Source of the DNA: Utricularia gibba
Lineage: Eukaryota > Plantae > Magnoliophyta
DNA length: 64,000 nt
Assembly: GCA_002189035.1 (NCBI GenBank)
Contig: CM007990.1
Location: forward strand, 558,001 to 622,000
Reading direction: 5' to 3'
Shown: positions 1 through 12,799 of the stretch, piece after piece
Layout of the letters: the number at the start of each line of letters is the position of its first letter
Numbering within the stretch: position 1 is the first letter of the stretch
Translations under genes and position numbers: made by a program
The notes under the pieces: model-generated
Databases searched by the model: none
The model's input: the letters and a program-made list of their open reading frames with translations, nothing else
What the model was told of the DNA's origin: nothing

Positions 1-423
1 ATGCTTGAAGCTTCTCTGGGAATGGGTATCGACATCGAGAGCTTTCATTTGGCTTTTGATTAAGCAAATTTCGAACTTGGGGTGTTGATGTGGAGAAGAG
101 CGAGGAGTTAATCGTTTTCATTGAGAAAGAAGGTTTGATTTTGTTTCTACTAGTTGTTTCTTTTGGAGTTATTGTTGTTAAGTGAAGTGAACATTATCTG
201 CTTCCATGTTCATGGTTTGAGTTCGAATTCTGTGTTTACAAGCTTGGATCTGTCTGGGATCTTTGGTGGGAGTCTGATCTGTTAGCGGGTTGGATGATGT
301 GCATGTTAGCTGGTTGAAAATTGTGATAAATAAGCTGATACATTATTTATTTATTTTTTTCTTTGACAGAGAAGTTCTTGAGAAAAGTAAGGGTGTTTGG
401 AGTCCTTTCTTGGTTTGGCAGAC

Positions 424-3140
424 ATGGCGCAGAGTAACTGGGAAGCTGATAAGATGTATGGAACTTGAACTTTTAATTTCTCCCACATCTCAAGGATTCA
501 TTTTAATGATTTAAATGTACTTGTATTTTCATCATGCCCGACCGGCGTGACGCATTTTTCGATTTATTTCAAAGCCATCGATGCCGATGAATGATTTTTC
601 ATTTTCTGAACAGGCTTGATGTCTACATTCATGATTATCTGCTGAAGAGAAAGTTGCATAATTCTGCAAAAGCTTTCATGACAGAAGGAAAAGTAGCAGC
701 TGATCCTGTTGGTAAGGAGTGTTTCTGTCAAACGGGGGTATTCCTGAAACCGTCAGGACTTTTTCCTCATTTTTTTTGGAAAATAAACCTTATCAGTTTC
801 CTTGGACTCGGTTCTGAACTATATTGTAGCTATTGATGCACCTGGAGGATTTCTCTTTGAGTGGTGGTCTGTCTTCTGGGATATTTTTATTGCAAGAACA
901 AATGAGAAGCATTCTGAGGCAGCTGCAGCATATATTGAGGTTTCAATTTTTTTTTTCTAAATGCATTTTTTGTTCTTATATGATTTTGTGCCGTTTGATT
1001 TACTTGTGATGCAAATAATTTTAGACACAGCATCTAAAAGCGAAAGAACAGCAGCTGCAACTGCAGCAGTTGCAACTTATGCAGCAGCACAATTTGCAGC
1101 GAAGGGATCCCAACCATTCTCCATTGGGTCCCTTGTCCTCTGATGGAATTATCGGGCAACAATCTGCAAGTTTGTTAGCTATGAAAATGTATGAAGAACG
1201 AATGAAACACCCAAATTCCATGGATTTGGATGCAACTTCAGGCCTAATGGATCCCAATCGGATGGCACTTCTAAAGGCGCAATCAACTCAACAAGGGTGA
1301 GTTTTCTTAAAAAATAAATGGCAAGTGTTGAAGAGTAATGAGTCATTTTTTTGTACTATCATTGGCTCAGACAAATGATGCAAGGAAACTCTGGGAGCAT
1401 GTCTGCCGCTTTGCAGCAAATACAAGGGCGGCCACAGCTTGCGAATGTAAGAGTACACTTCTTTCTCTCTGCTTTTCTCTGCTTTTTTGGTGGCAATGAA
1501 TCAATACGTACATATTTTCGGTAGGATGTCAAACCAGAAGTTAACTTCGGTGCCACACAGAAACCTCTTTCTATGGATCCATCATCCATGTACGGGCAAG
1601 CAATTCTTCAGTCAAAATCTGGACTTGGCAATGCAGGTTTGGGATATATTCGTGACTTTTTTTTTTCTCTGTAATTTGGATCATTTAGAAAATTGCAGAT
1701 GATGACTTATTTTTCATCGGCTATTCACTTTTAGCCTGTTTTTAACGTTTAATGGAGTAACCTACTCATTTCAGGGTTAAACCAAGGAGTAAGTGGCCTT
1801 CCGCTTAAGGGTTGGCCACTGACAGTGAGTTCTCGATGTCCCTGCTTTCCATGTTACCTGTTTTCCATGCCAAAAGGAAGACTAACAAAATCGTCTGATA
1901 TCTGTTAGGGAATCGACCAACTAAGACCAAATATGGGTCTGCAAATGCAGAACCCTGCAGTGCAGTCTCAGAACCAGTTTCTGTTGGCATCACAACAGCA
2001 GCAACAGGTTCTAGTGCAAGCTCAGCCACAGGGGAACGTCGGAAACTCTGGTAACTATGGTTTGGAGGGCTTGCAAAGGGGAAACTTCAGCGCCAAAGAT
2101 GGCCAGCCTTCTAGAAACGATGGGTCTATTTGCTCCCCAGCTCAGTCAAATTCACCAAAGGTTTTACTTATACAGATTTCGCTCCCTCTTTTTTTTTTTT
2201 CTGAGCTGTTCTACATCGTAGAGTCCTCTCTGCTTTTTTAAGTAGTGGAAACCGAGTAATGATTTTTTTGTTCCTATTTTTTTACGTGAATGATGTTACT
2301 TGAATGTTTAATGACATCTTATTGGCTCATTCTTAATAAGGATGTTTCTCAGTTAGGGGAAAAAACTGAGTAAAGTTTTTATTGGGCTGTGACCATTTTG
2401 AGTGTTGTATCGTATCGGAACCCTATGTTTATTTTAACCAAGTTCAAATCATTAAAGCAGATGAAAATGGCACAGATGCAGCAGCCTGCGTCTTCTCGCC
2501 AGGAGCAGTTGCAGCAACAACAGCAAATGCAGCAAGTAAGTTGAAATATTCTAATGTTGAGTAATATCTACATCACTTCATTTGAAATCTTAGCTCATAC
2601 ACCTGGTCAAGGAGATTTCTTGAAGAATTATAAATGGTTTTCTTGAAACAGAACAATAGGAAAAGGAAACAACATTCTTCCTCTGGACCAGCAGACAGCA
2701 CAGGTACAGGAAATACTACCGGCCCATCTCCAAGCTCACCACAATCTGCACATACCCCAGGCGATGGGATGACTACTGCTAGCAGTCTGCAGCATGTGAA
2801 CATCGTATCCAAAAGTATGATGACATATGGCACTGACAGTGCTGCTGCATTTGCATCATCCACCAACCAGCTGGTAACTTTTTCATTCTGGCTAATGAGA
2901 ATCTTGAAAACGAAACATCATCTTGATCTCTATTTTTTTTTTTTTTGAACATCAAGAACCATCTCAACCATTACCCCCTTCCTTGTTTAGGATGATTTTG
3001 AGAATTTTGGAGACATAGGATCTCTTGAAGACAATGTCGAGTCCCTGTTGTCATCTGACGGGGATGCTAATTTGTACGGCTCGTTGAAGCAACCTCTCAC
3101 GGATCACAAGATGCAGACTTCCAGAGGTGGTTCTCTTTAG
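424..3140 (+). CDS. LUH: LEUNIG_HOMOLOG-like transcriptional co-repressor (LisH/LUFS + Q-rich region), apparently C-terminally truncated, no WD40 repeats
   Basis: Spliced translation starts [80 protein letters not shown] (LUFS domain), followed by Q-rich exons and [21 protein letters not shown]; 11 GT-AG exons stay in frame to TAG at 3138-3140. Confidence 0.88.
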
Positions 3141-3671
3141 TTCAGTGGTTAACTCAGACCAACTTTCCTGTCGTAGCACTGCGGTATCTGGGAATGCTTA
3201 TTCCCCCTTCCTTGACTTGTTGCTTCTCCCTAATCAGTGCCTTGAGCTTCGTTGACTTGCTGCTTTACTGACTATTCTCACCAGGGAGGAAATCCAAGAA
3301 GCTTTTTACTGAATCTGTGTGCCTTACAGCAAACTACATCTCTTTTCCTGTAACCGTAAGCTTCTTCTGGAGACAACTGAAGCTATGTATTCCTTTGTAA
3401 ACGATGTGAAACAGGAGAATGTTTTCGAATAGAAGCTTACTTACGTCATGACTGTGCATCTTAGTCTCTGGCTGAGTTCATGTAAATTCAAAATTAGGGC
3501 CATATACGAGTACGACTCGTTTCTACTATTCAATTGGGGAAAATATTAGGGCACATATTGGTGTCGTCGGCCTATACTAAAAAAAGAGCGGTGCCGGTGA
3601 CAACCCAGAGCGTTACCACAATTCGCGGGTTTCTTCCGACGTCTTCGATTTCCACTGCGATTGTCGTAGGG

Positions 3672-5716
3672 ATGGATTGGATGGAGGAGTTCAAGAAAAT
3701 GGAGGAGAACGAATCGGAGGATATTAACCACGCCTTCATATGTTGTATTTGCCGGTAATCTTTTCTTCTCCGCCGACATCATCTGTTTTTTTGGTGCCTG
3801 GATTGGTTTTGTTCTTTCAAGGCCGAGGCTATCTCTGTGTTTTTTGATTCGAGGCTTAGGATACCAGGCGTGATTGATGGTAATGGTTATCCTTGGGATA
3901 GATGCTTGGCTACTTTGTCAGGAAATGTGATACTGCTTTTAGATGATACCATTTCGTTCGGCTCCTGGATTCCTTTCTTTGTATTCAACGTCGTTTTACT
4001 CAGTTTGTATGGATCGGCATGGTTCTTCTTGATGTTATACTCTGGCTTGATCTGGTTTAATATGTTGCTTTTTTTCTTCAATCCTCTGTATGCTTCAAAT
4101 AACTTGTCCCATTGGTATTGGATTTCTAGGGATCTCCTTTACAAGCCTGCCATCCTAGGTAAGATGTCTCGGAATACACGCTGACTTGTATCAAACTACG
4201 CCGCTGAACTGTTCACCTTTATGCTTCAACTCTCAGTTTGTGGCCATGTGTCGTGTTTCTGGTGTGTCCATTTCTCCATGGATGGGTTGAACAAATCCAG
4301 TTGTCCAGTGTGCAGGAATCAGTATGTTTATTTTCCCTTTGTTTGCCAGATGCTACACTTGCTAATTCAGAAATTATATCCCGAAGCCTATGCAAGAAGG
4401 GAGAAACACACACTAGGTCAGCCACTTAATTTATAAGTCACCCATAAAAGTTATGCCCAGCCATTTTATCATTTTTCATGTTTCAGAGGAGGAAACACGA
4501 AAGGGGCATTTTTCACCCGAAATTCATATTCATGCATGCGTGTCACAGCCTGAGGCGGCAACTCAGGGAGAAAAGCAGAATATAGAACATGAGCCAGATG
4601 GCTCAGCAGCTCAGGGAGTTCCCTTTGATAATTTGGAATCTAGTGAGGATAGTCCTCCTAGTTTTGCTACTGATGAAGGTGGAAACACCTTCCAGATGCA
4701 TAACGAAGAATTAGCAAGTGAGTTAAAGCCAATGGTCTCTTGTGGTTCCTGCAAGGAAATGCTCATCCAGCCCGTTGCCTTCAATTGTGGACATGGTACG
4801 ATCTATTTTGAGTGTATATAGCAAAATGAATGCTATATTCTAAATTCTTTGAATTTTCGAAGATCAGCTAGTCTCACCAATTGAAAATAAAACTTCTTCA
4901 GTTTTTTGTAAGTCCTGCATTGTCCCGCCAACCATGGGGACTCTTAAGTGTGAAATTTGTCAAACCCCACACCCGGGTGCCACTCCTAAGGTATGCTTGG
5001 AGCTCGATCACTTTCTCGCGGAGCAATTTCCCCGAGAGTATGTTTTGAGAAAGGACATCCTGAGCAAAAAACAAGGGCATCTCATGACTGAGACACACAC
5101 TGCATGTAAGTTTCCTTTAGATTGCATTTCTAGTTTTTTCCCAGTTTTAGAAACAATGGCCCTGACGGCTCTGTTATCTTACTGATTCAACTCAGGCTCA
5201 TCAAACAGCGCTAATGAAGACAACAGTGACACTTTAAGCTTGTTGATAAACAATCCGGATCTTCATGTTGGAGTTGGATGTGATTACTGTGGGGTAAGCT
5301 GATACTTAAGGCCTGCACCATTTTATCTTCTCTTCCCAAGTTCACCATCAGTTTCCTCTACATGTTCCTGGCACCCATCTTTCCCGCACAGAATCCATAT
5401 CCCCCAATTCCTGGCATATGGCTAATGCACCACCTTCTTTGCTCCACAGATGTATCCAATAATCGGGGATAGGTACAGATGCCTTGACTGTGTTGAACTG
5501 ATGGGCTTCGACCTCTGCAAGGACTGCTACACCAGTCAGTCCAAGCTCCCCGGCCGATTCAACCAGCAGCACACCTCAGACCACAAGTTCGAAGTCATCA
5601 AAAGGAACCCCGTACGGGAAAGAATCCTGCTAAGCTGGTCACTCCAGTTTCTCGGGCCTCCCAACCCCCCTCCTCCGATACCGCCGCCGCCGCCGTCGAC
5701 AGCGACACGGACGTAG
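3672..5716 (+). CDS. PRT1: PROTEOLYSIS1-like N-degron E3 ubiquitin ligase (RING-RING-ZZ)
   Basis: Exons give FICCICRDLLYKPAILVCGHVSCFWC...CPVCR (RING1), CGSCKEMLIQPVAFNCGHVFCKSC...CEIC (RING2) and [36 protein letters not shown]...HTSDH (ZZ). Seven exons in frame. Start could also be ATG 3681 or 3699. Confidence 0.92.
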
Positions 5717-6418
5717 TCCCGGAAGACGACCATGATGGCTCCTCCGTCTAGTAAAACCAGAAAGTTGTGCAATTACTTTCATTGTGGCGAATAATAGACC
5801 GCGCGGTTGCTGCAGCACATGCACCTTCCGGGTGGGGATCCTTCCTAATGATTGGGTCGGGTCTCACCTCTCCCATCTGGTGGACACGAGCATTCATCTT
5901 TTTCTCTGCGTCATTGAAGCTGCGCAGGTGAAAGCCGAAGCAGCAGGACGTTCGTGGGTCCGGTCCCTCACCTCGGAAAACGCGCAGCAGCAGCAGCAGA
6001 AGTAGCAGAAGAAGAAGAAGAAGGTGAGGCTGGAATCAGTTGGGCTGCCTCGGCATCCGAGCTCTCTGATTGATGACGATGCTTGGGGGTGAAAACCCAC
6101 TCCCCACGCAGTTGCTTTTTTGGCGGGAAAACTACTCCTGAAGATTCTTTTTCTTCATGGGGAGCCGAGCTCCCGCCACTTGCAGTACACTGCGCGGTAC
6201 AGCCCCTGCCCTCCTCTCCTTTGCATCGTGGACAAAATCAAGTCGGAAAATTGATAATTTTATATATTTAATATATAATTTGATAAATAAATTATTAAAA
6301 ATAATGCATGTGTTGACGAGTGCATGTGTTGAACCGGGTTTAGAATGGATTTAGCAGATTTCGGTTTATTGAAAAATGATGGGAAAAGACAAAAATGACC
6401 CTTGAAATGGTGGCCTGG

Positions 6419-6522
6419 GTGGGTCCCGCAGTTGGGGAGTTTTAGCGCTAACTTTGTGATAAAAACCCTAATCCCGAAAGTGCCGTTTTCTTGCCCGCGC
6501 TCTCTTTCTCTCTCTCTCTCTC
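6419..6522 (+). promoter_or_regulatory. KRP proximal promoter/5' UTR: class I TCP-type site, telo-box and (TC)8 tract
   Basis: GTGGGTCC at 6419-6426, AAACCCTAA at 6463-6471 and (TC)8 at 6507-6522, all just upstream of ATG 6592. Motif matches only. Confidence 0.45.
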
Positions 6523-6591
6523 GCTCTCTTGCATCTCTCTGTAAGAAAATTCGGCGTTTCTTGTGATTCCGATACAGGGAGGGGCTGGGGG

Positions 6592-8158
6592 ATGGGGAAG
6601 TACGTGCGTAGGGCTACGACGAGGCATGAGGTTGCAGTGATGGGGTCTTGGGCCGGCGTCCGGACCCGGGCAAGAACTTTAGCTGTTCAGGCGCAGAGAT
6701 TGGATGTTCTCGAGCTGCGGTCCAGGTGTCTTGAGAAACCGCCGCAATTGCATAAGCACCAGCACCACCAGGAGGAGAATCTGCGGGGTTCGAATAGGAG
6801 GACTACCGCCCTTGAACAGGGTCTCGGAAGCAGAGCAAATGAAAACTCTCCAGCTGCTTGCATTTCCGAGAACTGCGGATTGGAGTCGGGTCCTCATGCA
6901 GGGAAAACTAATAATGACGGAGCGTGCGTCGACAGGGAGAGTGGTGGTCTCGGAAATTGGAACTCGGTGGATGAGGGCTCTTGCGGAGAAAACAATTTTG
7001 AAGCTCTAGACAGGTATTTTCCGTTTGAACGTCTCATAGTTTTTTCAAGTTCCTGGTTGCTTCTCAACGGTGTGCCTACCTATTCTTTACCGGAAAGCAA
7101 CTTTGCTGTATAAAAAAGATATTTCATTTTCTTTTTGAGTGCTTGTGTTATTTTTTGGGTTAAGGTGGTGGTTCCTAGTCTCTCCAGCTTCGCTTTGAGC
7201 GTCTTTATCTTTCCTTTTTTAGCTTTTCTCACATCTTTCTTTCGAGATCTTGCATGTGCATGCACCTCAGTAGATAGATGCAGGGTACCCTTTTGTTCTT
7301 GTTTCTATCCGCTTCTTGGTTTCCTTGCTTCTCTGGATGGTAGAGAGATGCAGGGTACCCTTTTGTGGGCTGTGTAGGCCATTGTTTTTCTCAGCAGGGG
7401 TGTTTGGAAATCATTCTAGAAAGATTACGTGGGGAATATTTCGCATGTTTGAACTTTTTTTTATGGGAACCGATAGCTGTTGCTTTGGATTAGATTCTCA
7501 GTGTAGCAGATCCAAAAGTCACGGACTCTTTTCCGTACCCATTCTGTAGCCTCATTATGGGTCTTGATTAACGTTGCCATGGCTGCCCCAGTTTCACATA
7601 CCCACGTTTCATTTGACCAAATGAAGTTAATGTGATCTGTGCAATGGCTCATCTGTACACAGCATTGTGTAGAATAGGACCACATAAAAGATAGGATTTA
7701 TGAAGGGCCACTCTGTTTTTGACTGTCATGTGAACGTGTGGACTGATGATGATGATGATGGTGGTCTGTTTCTTTTTCTAAAAAGAGGCATTTTTTTGCA
7801 ACAGGAGCACCAGAAAGAGCACCCCATGTAGTCTGATCAAGAGTCCAGACAATATTACCACGCCGGGATCTTCAACAAAGCGGAGGAGTCCTGCTGCTGC
7901 CCTCAACCACAGGAACCGGAATGCGTTTCTCAGAAACATCCCTTCACCCCATGAGATGGAAGAGTTCTTCTCCAATTATGAACAGCAGGAACAGCGAGAG
8001 TTCATCAGCAAGTAGGAGCCTCTCCAATTTAGCAAGCCTAGCAGATCACACAATCACATGCTAACAATCTCTTCTCTTGTCCACGCAGGTACAACTTCGA
8101 CATTGTGAACGACTTACCACTCCCCGGACGCTTCCAGTGGGCGAACGCATTCCTCTGA
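6592..8158 (+). CDS. KRP: Cyclin-dependent kinase inhibitor, ICK/KRP family (KRP3/4/5-like)
   Basis: MGKYVRR...GVRTRART...LELRSRCLEKPP; exon 2 STRKSTPCSLI and EMEEFFSNYEQQEQREFISK; exon 3 YNFDIVNDLPLPGRFQW (C-terminal CDK/cyclin-binding domain). Three exons, TGA at 8156-8158. Confidence 0.93.
7270..7366. repeat. 27-nt direct repeat (2 copies, period 70) containing palindrome AGGGTACCCT, in KRP intron 1
   Basis: gtagaNagatgcagggtacccttttgt at 7270-7296 and 7340-7366, one mismatch. Confidence 0.9.
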
Positions 8159-8220
8159 GAAGAAAACCAGATGTATTACAATTCTGATGCAAAATCAGCG
8201 CTGTCGCAGATCAAGCAACA

Positions 8221-8293
8221 GGGGATGTAGCTCAGATGGTAGAGCGCTCGCTTAGCATGCGAGAGGTACGGGGATCGATACCCCGCATCTCCA
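8221..8293 (+). tRNA. trnA-AGC: tRNA-Ala (anticodon AGC)
   Basis: 73-nt cloverleaf: GGGGATG/CATCTCC acceptor stem, GCTC/GAGC D stem, CTCGC-TT AGC AT-GCGAG anticodon arm, CGGGG-ATCGATA-CCCCG T arm. CAA upstream and a TTTT run just downstream. Confidence 0.98.
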
Positions 8294-8617
8294 TGGAGAT
8301 ATCTTTTCGGCCATGAAAATGTCTCTTGATGGAACCTTTTACAAGTGTTTAGTGTAGAGTCTTTTTTTAAAGTTATTAAAAAAAATCTAAGATTTATTAA
8401 ATTAGTTTTAATAATTTTTTATGAAAACTACAATTTTAGATATGAAATTTTATTTTACAATATTTCTATTGCATAATGAATATCATTCAAAATTAATAAT
8501 TAAAACGATTTTTAAAACGCGGGCGGGAGCTATGAAGAGTCACCGGAGAAGGCACCTCAGTGGGGAGTTCATGGCGGAGGAAGAAACGGCGGGAGTTCAG
8601 CTCGGGATGGGTTGTGA

Positions 8618-11600
8618 TTAACGCTGCGTCCTCTTCCTCATCCGCTTCCTCTTCCTTGTGTTGTCCGTAGGCCGTCGACCGGCCTTCTTGGTCTGCTGCG
8701 GGCGGGCGGTAGCTTCGGCTTCTTCGCTGCTTTCGTCCTCGTGGTCCATGGTTGCGTCGTCGTCTTCTTCGTCGGAGCTTAGAATAAGATCCTCGATGAT
8801 GTCCTCGTCCTGTGCTCGATCATCCGAGAGCTCACTCTTTCTAGAGGAGTTGTTGTTATGCGCCGACCTGCAGCAGAGACCGCCGCCGTTAAGCGCATTC
8901 GGGAAACATAAGAAACGACAATACGGGTACCTGGAAGAACGCGACGGCAATGAAAAAACAGGGGCTTCAGCGTTTTCATCTGCGTCATCTTCATCGTCTT
9001 CCGCTGGCACCACGCTTCCGAACCTCGACGCGCCGTCTCCGACGAGGACACTAGCAAGGGCGGAAGAATATGTAAGCCCTGTCAAACACTGCTGTGAAAC
9101 CATGACGACCTCAAGAGTGTAATGTAACCAACCTGGATTCTCTCAGGGAATCATTCCGTTGCTGCGCCCTCTGGCGGAGGCCGGTGGCATACTGCGAGAG
9201 CGGGCTCTTATCGGACTTCGTGTCATCCTAACGTGCACCAACGAAGCAGAAAAGGTAAGAAGATGCTTTTCAAGATGTCCAACAAATGTCTGGGGAGAAT
9301 GTGCAGACCTCAAGGAAAGAAGAAGCTTCTGAGCTGTTGGGGAGGAAGGTCACCATTGCCCGCTTCTTATTCACATATTCGGAGTTGGACTCAACCTGTT
9401 GCAATGCCCCTCCAAAGAGACAATGTCAGCACACCTTGATAAACAAGGAACTTTCCAATTCCATATCACTGATGAAAACAAAAAATGGTTGTGTTTAACC
9501 TGCCGAATAAGGTTCTTTATTTCACGCTGAAACCTCTCAACTTTTGTGGATTTGCAGAAGTCACGCAAACGAATGCAGGGAACAACAGATAACTCCATGA
9601 AGGCGACAGAGTAGCTCCACTGAGAAAGATGTTCAGCGAGCTCCTCAACCACAGAGAAGACACAGGCCTCCTGAAATGCTCTGGTTTTCAGAGTTGCTTT
9701 GCTGACCTGTTGCACAGCAAGCTATGTTAAAACATTGCACAGATGGTGCAAGATTTTGGGAATGGGATTATGGGATTAAGACAGAACCTTAAGGGTGGAA
9801 AACCAATCAACTGCTTGCCCCACTCCTCCTGTTGGGGATCTACGCAGCTCCTTTATGTCTAGCATGTCCAGAAGAAGCAAGGAGACAGGAATGAAAGTAC
9901 TTGTTGCAGCACCAATGCGGTTGAGCATCCGTACACAACGCAACCGAAGCGGAAAATAGCATGTTGAAGGAACTAAACGAGCAACTCCCGTAATTATTTG
10001 GACCAGTGGATAAGCAAGAGATCTTATATCTGGTTCTGAGCTATATGCACATACAACTCCAGTCCACAGCTCCAAGCAATAAACATATTTCCACTGATAA
10101 ACCTTCCTAAATGCCTCCTACCGGTAAAAACACAGTTTCTCAGAGTGCATCATAGAAAAGGAGAAATTAGAAAGAGAGCCTTGTACCCGAAGAAAAAAAA
10201 ATTCACATTGTAGAAGAAATGATCAGGAGCAATGTCAACTAAAAGAACCTTTTTTGCAGAATTGGAAGGAGCATCCTTTCCCTTATTCATCTTGGAACGT
10301 GAAGGCTCAACGCTGCCCTTCTTTTTTGAGCCTTTCTTCTTTGTGGAGCCTGAAAGGGCTTCCTTCAGTATAATCGCTAACTGCCGAATGTAGGCAAATG
10401 CGTGTTGATAGGCTGACGGAATGTCTATCCGAAGAAGTTCACCAAAACAATTACTGAGAAAGTAGATGTGCTGCACATTTGCCTGGTTAACAAACTGGCA
10501 ATTCATGATGTAAGCTTTATACATTCCTTTGATACAATCATCTAGGCAATCATCCCCAAGACGAACACAAACATCCCTAATGAACAGAAAGGAAACAACC
10601 GGCAGAGCACCACTTCCAGTACCCCAAAAATGAAGGGCAACCTGAAAGAACGACAAGGATTGCATTAAGAAAAAAGCATGATGCAGAAAAACAGTGTAGG
10701 TTTGCACTTCAAAATAATAATAATAATAATAAGAAAACAGGACTTCAAACTCAAACTCAAACATCAAAATTTCATCATTAAATATTTAGTCAAAGAGTTT
10801 ATACTAGCTAAGCCAAAAATATTTGAGATGTTCTTAAACACGAACTACACCTTTATGTACTTCCTCAAGAGAACTGGGAAAGCTGCCAAAAATATTGCTG
10901 AGTATTTCATACGTCTTAACACAAATGCTATCATTTCATTGTCGGTCATTTGATTGAGAACATGCAAAGAGTTCCCGAGATATGACTTCACTAGGCTGCT
11001 GTGGTTCTTCCACTTCCGTGTAGAAGCAATATCTAAAATCATCTCCTTCTTCCCACCAGCTGATGGCAATTTCAACAGTCCTCGAAGAATACCATCCATT
11101 TCATTCAGAACAAACAACATTATCTTATTGAAAACGCTGCTGGACATTGTGCTGAACTTAGCTGATGACTCGTCCCCATTTTCATCGCCATAATGACATG
11201 CAGAGCGAAATGCTCTCAATATGGAGCGCACTGCACTAAGATTTGCCCCATCGTGGATTGCACTACACCAGGAATCAACCATTCCACTGGTTATCACATT
11301 TTTCCTAGGCTCTTCTTCCTTTTCAGGTTCATAGTCAACCTGCTCGGCATCATCAACTTCAGTTTCCTCCTCTTCATCTCCTTCTGCATCGGATTGTTGA
11401 CCACTCTCCTACAGTAGCCAAATTATCCCCAAAATAAAAATTCATTCGAAAACTTAACCACATACCACAACGAATCCAACAGTAGTAGACTTACGTCTAG
11501 CTCTTCATCAAACTCCAAAAGTTTCCTGTCTTGTTCTTTCAAGAAAGCATGGAACTCAGGGTCCTGCAGATGAACGCATGTGCCAGCATATCAGACATAC

Positions 11601-11831
11601 GGCCTCTGTGTCACTTATAAACAGTGAATGCTGCAAGATTTCAACGAAACTGCAACCATGACAAACTACGATTTTCCGGTATCGAACATGAAAAATTCAT
11701 CCCACAAACACCTACAACACAAAAAAAAAAGAGTGAGAAATCACTTTTTCTTCTAGTCGCTTCAACGCCCCAATGTGCTCTTTAGCTTCCGTATTGCCTC
11801 CCGGACGCTTTTTCGGCTTCTTGCCCTCCAT
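8618..11831 (-). CDS. NOC2: Nucleolar complex protein 2 homolog (NOC2L/REBELOTE-like)
   Basis: [29 protein letters not shown]|[25 protein letters not shown]...[38 protein letters not shown] and [13 protein letters not shown]; acidic/basic tail; traced exons are in frame. Confidence 0.92.
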
Positions 11832-12799
11832 TCTCGAGGCTCCTGAGAACAACATATTGATAAGAAAATAGGTCGCAAGCGGTGACGACCGAAAACCAGC
11901 AACGACAAGAGGATTTCAAGGAGCATGGGAGAGTCGAAAAACCTTTCTTTTCGGAACCCATTCACAGTTGAAAAGCAAAAGTTGCCGGCACGGCGGAGAT
12001 TCTCGCTTCAAAATAAATCCGTCGCACAGCGGCGGCCGTGACAGGGTTTCCCTCTTCTCCAACGTATGCAGTAATATTATTAAATCCAGTTTTTCCCCCC
12101 TATCAATTAATTTTTAATTCGTTTTTATTAATCTTTTTTTTCTATTTACGTTATTTATCAGTAATAAATTTAAATATTTTAATCAGGCTAAAACCCCTGA
12201 GAGCACTCGCAGAGGTGACAATTCCTCGGCAGCCTCGGGATCTCAGCTCGTCTCTCGCCTTCGTTTCAGGTACTCAAGTTTGCCATATCTGTCACCAACT
12301 CTGATTCCGTGTTGGGTGTTGCTGTACGAGGTTTCCCTTTTCAGTTTTCTTGAAATGAACGGCGCAGTACTCGTTGAACTTCCCCTTCTTTGTTTTTTTC
12401 TCCGTTTTCTGGGCGCATTGTGTACATTGGAAAATATGAGACTAGGGACGCAGTTTGTTACTGATATTATTGGTAAATCAGAATGTGTAGCTGCAAGGGG
12501 GAGCTCTCGATCAGATAGCTGGAAAATTTTGCTGGTTAAGGCTGGTAGAATGGAGTAGATGAGCATTTCGTCTTCTTTCGGGCAATTTTATCAGCTTTGA
12601 TATGAAAAATGTGTTGTTTGTCTTAAGGGAAATATGAAGGATGAATCTTTGTGAATGAAGTGGGGATTCTTATATAACCTGCCTAATTATAATCTTTTAT
12701 TCAGTAAGCAGATAGTGAGTTCCTTTGAAATTGTTTCATCTTTCAGCTCTTATTCATTACACAGGCTCTTCCTTTTGTTTCAGATTGTCTTTTTCAAAA

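Noticed and set aside
1-48. Minus-strand ORF start MKALDVDTHSQRSFKH running off the window
   Set aside because: Only 16 codons are visible and there is no recognisable motif; it may be a real divergent gene but cannot be supported here.
8532-8621. 29-aa plus-strand [32 protein letters not shown] whose stop overlaps the NOC2 stop
   Set aside because: It lies in the probable NOC2 3' UTR, is short enough to arise by chance and has no peptide-family motif.
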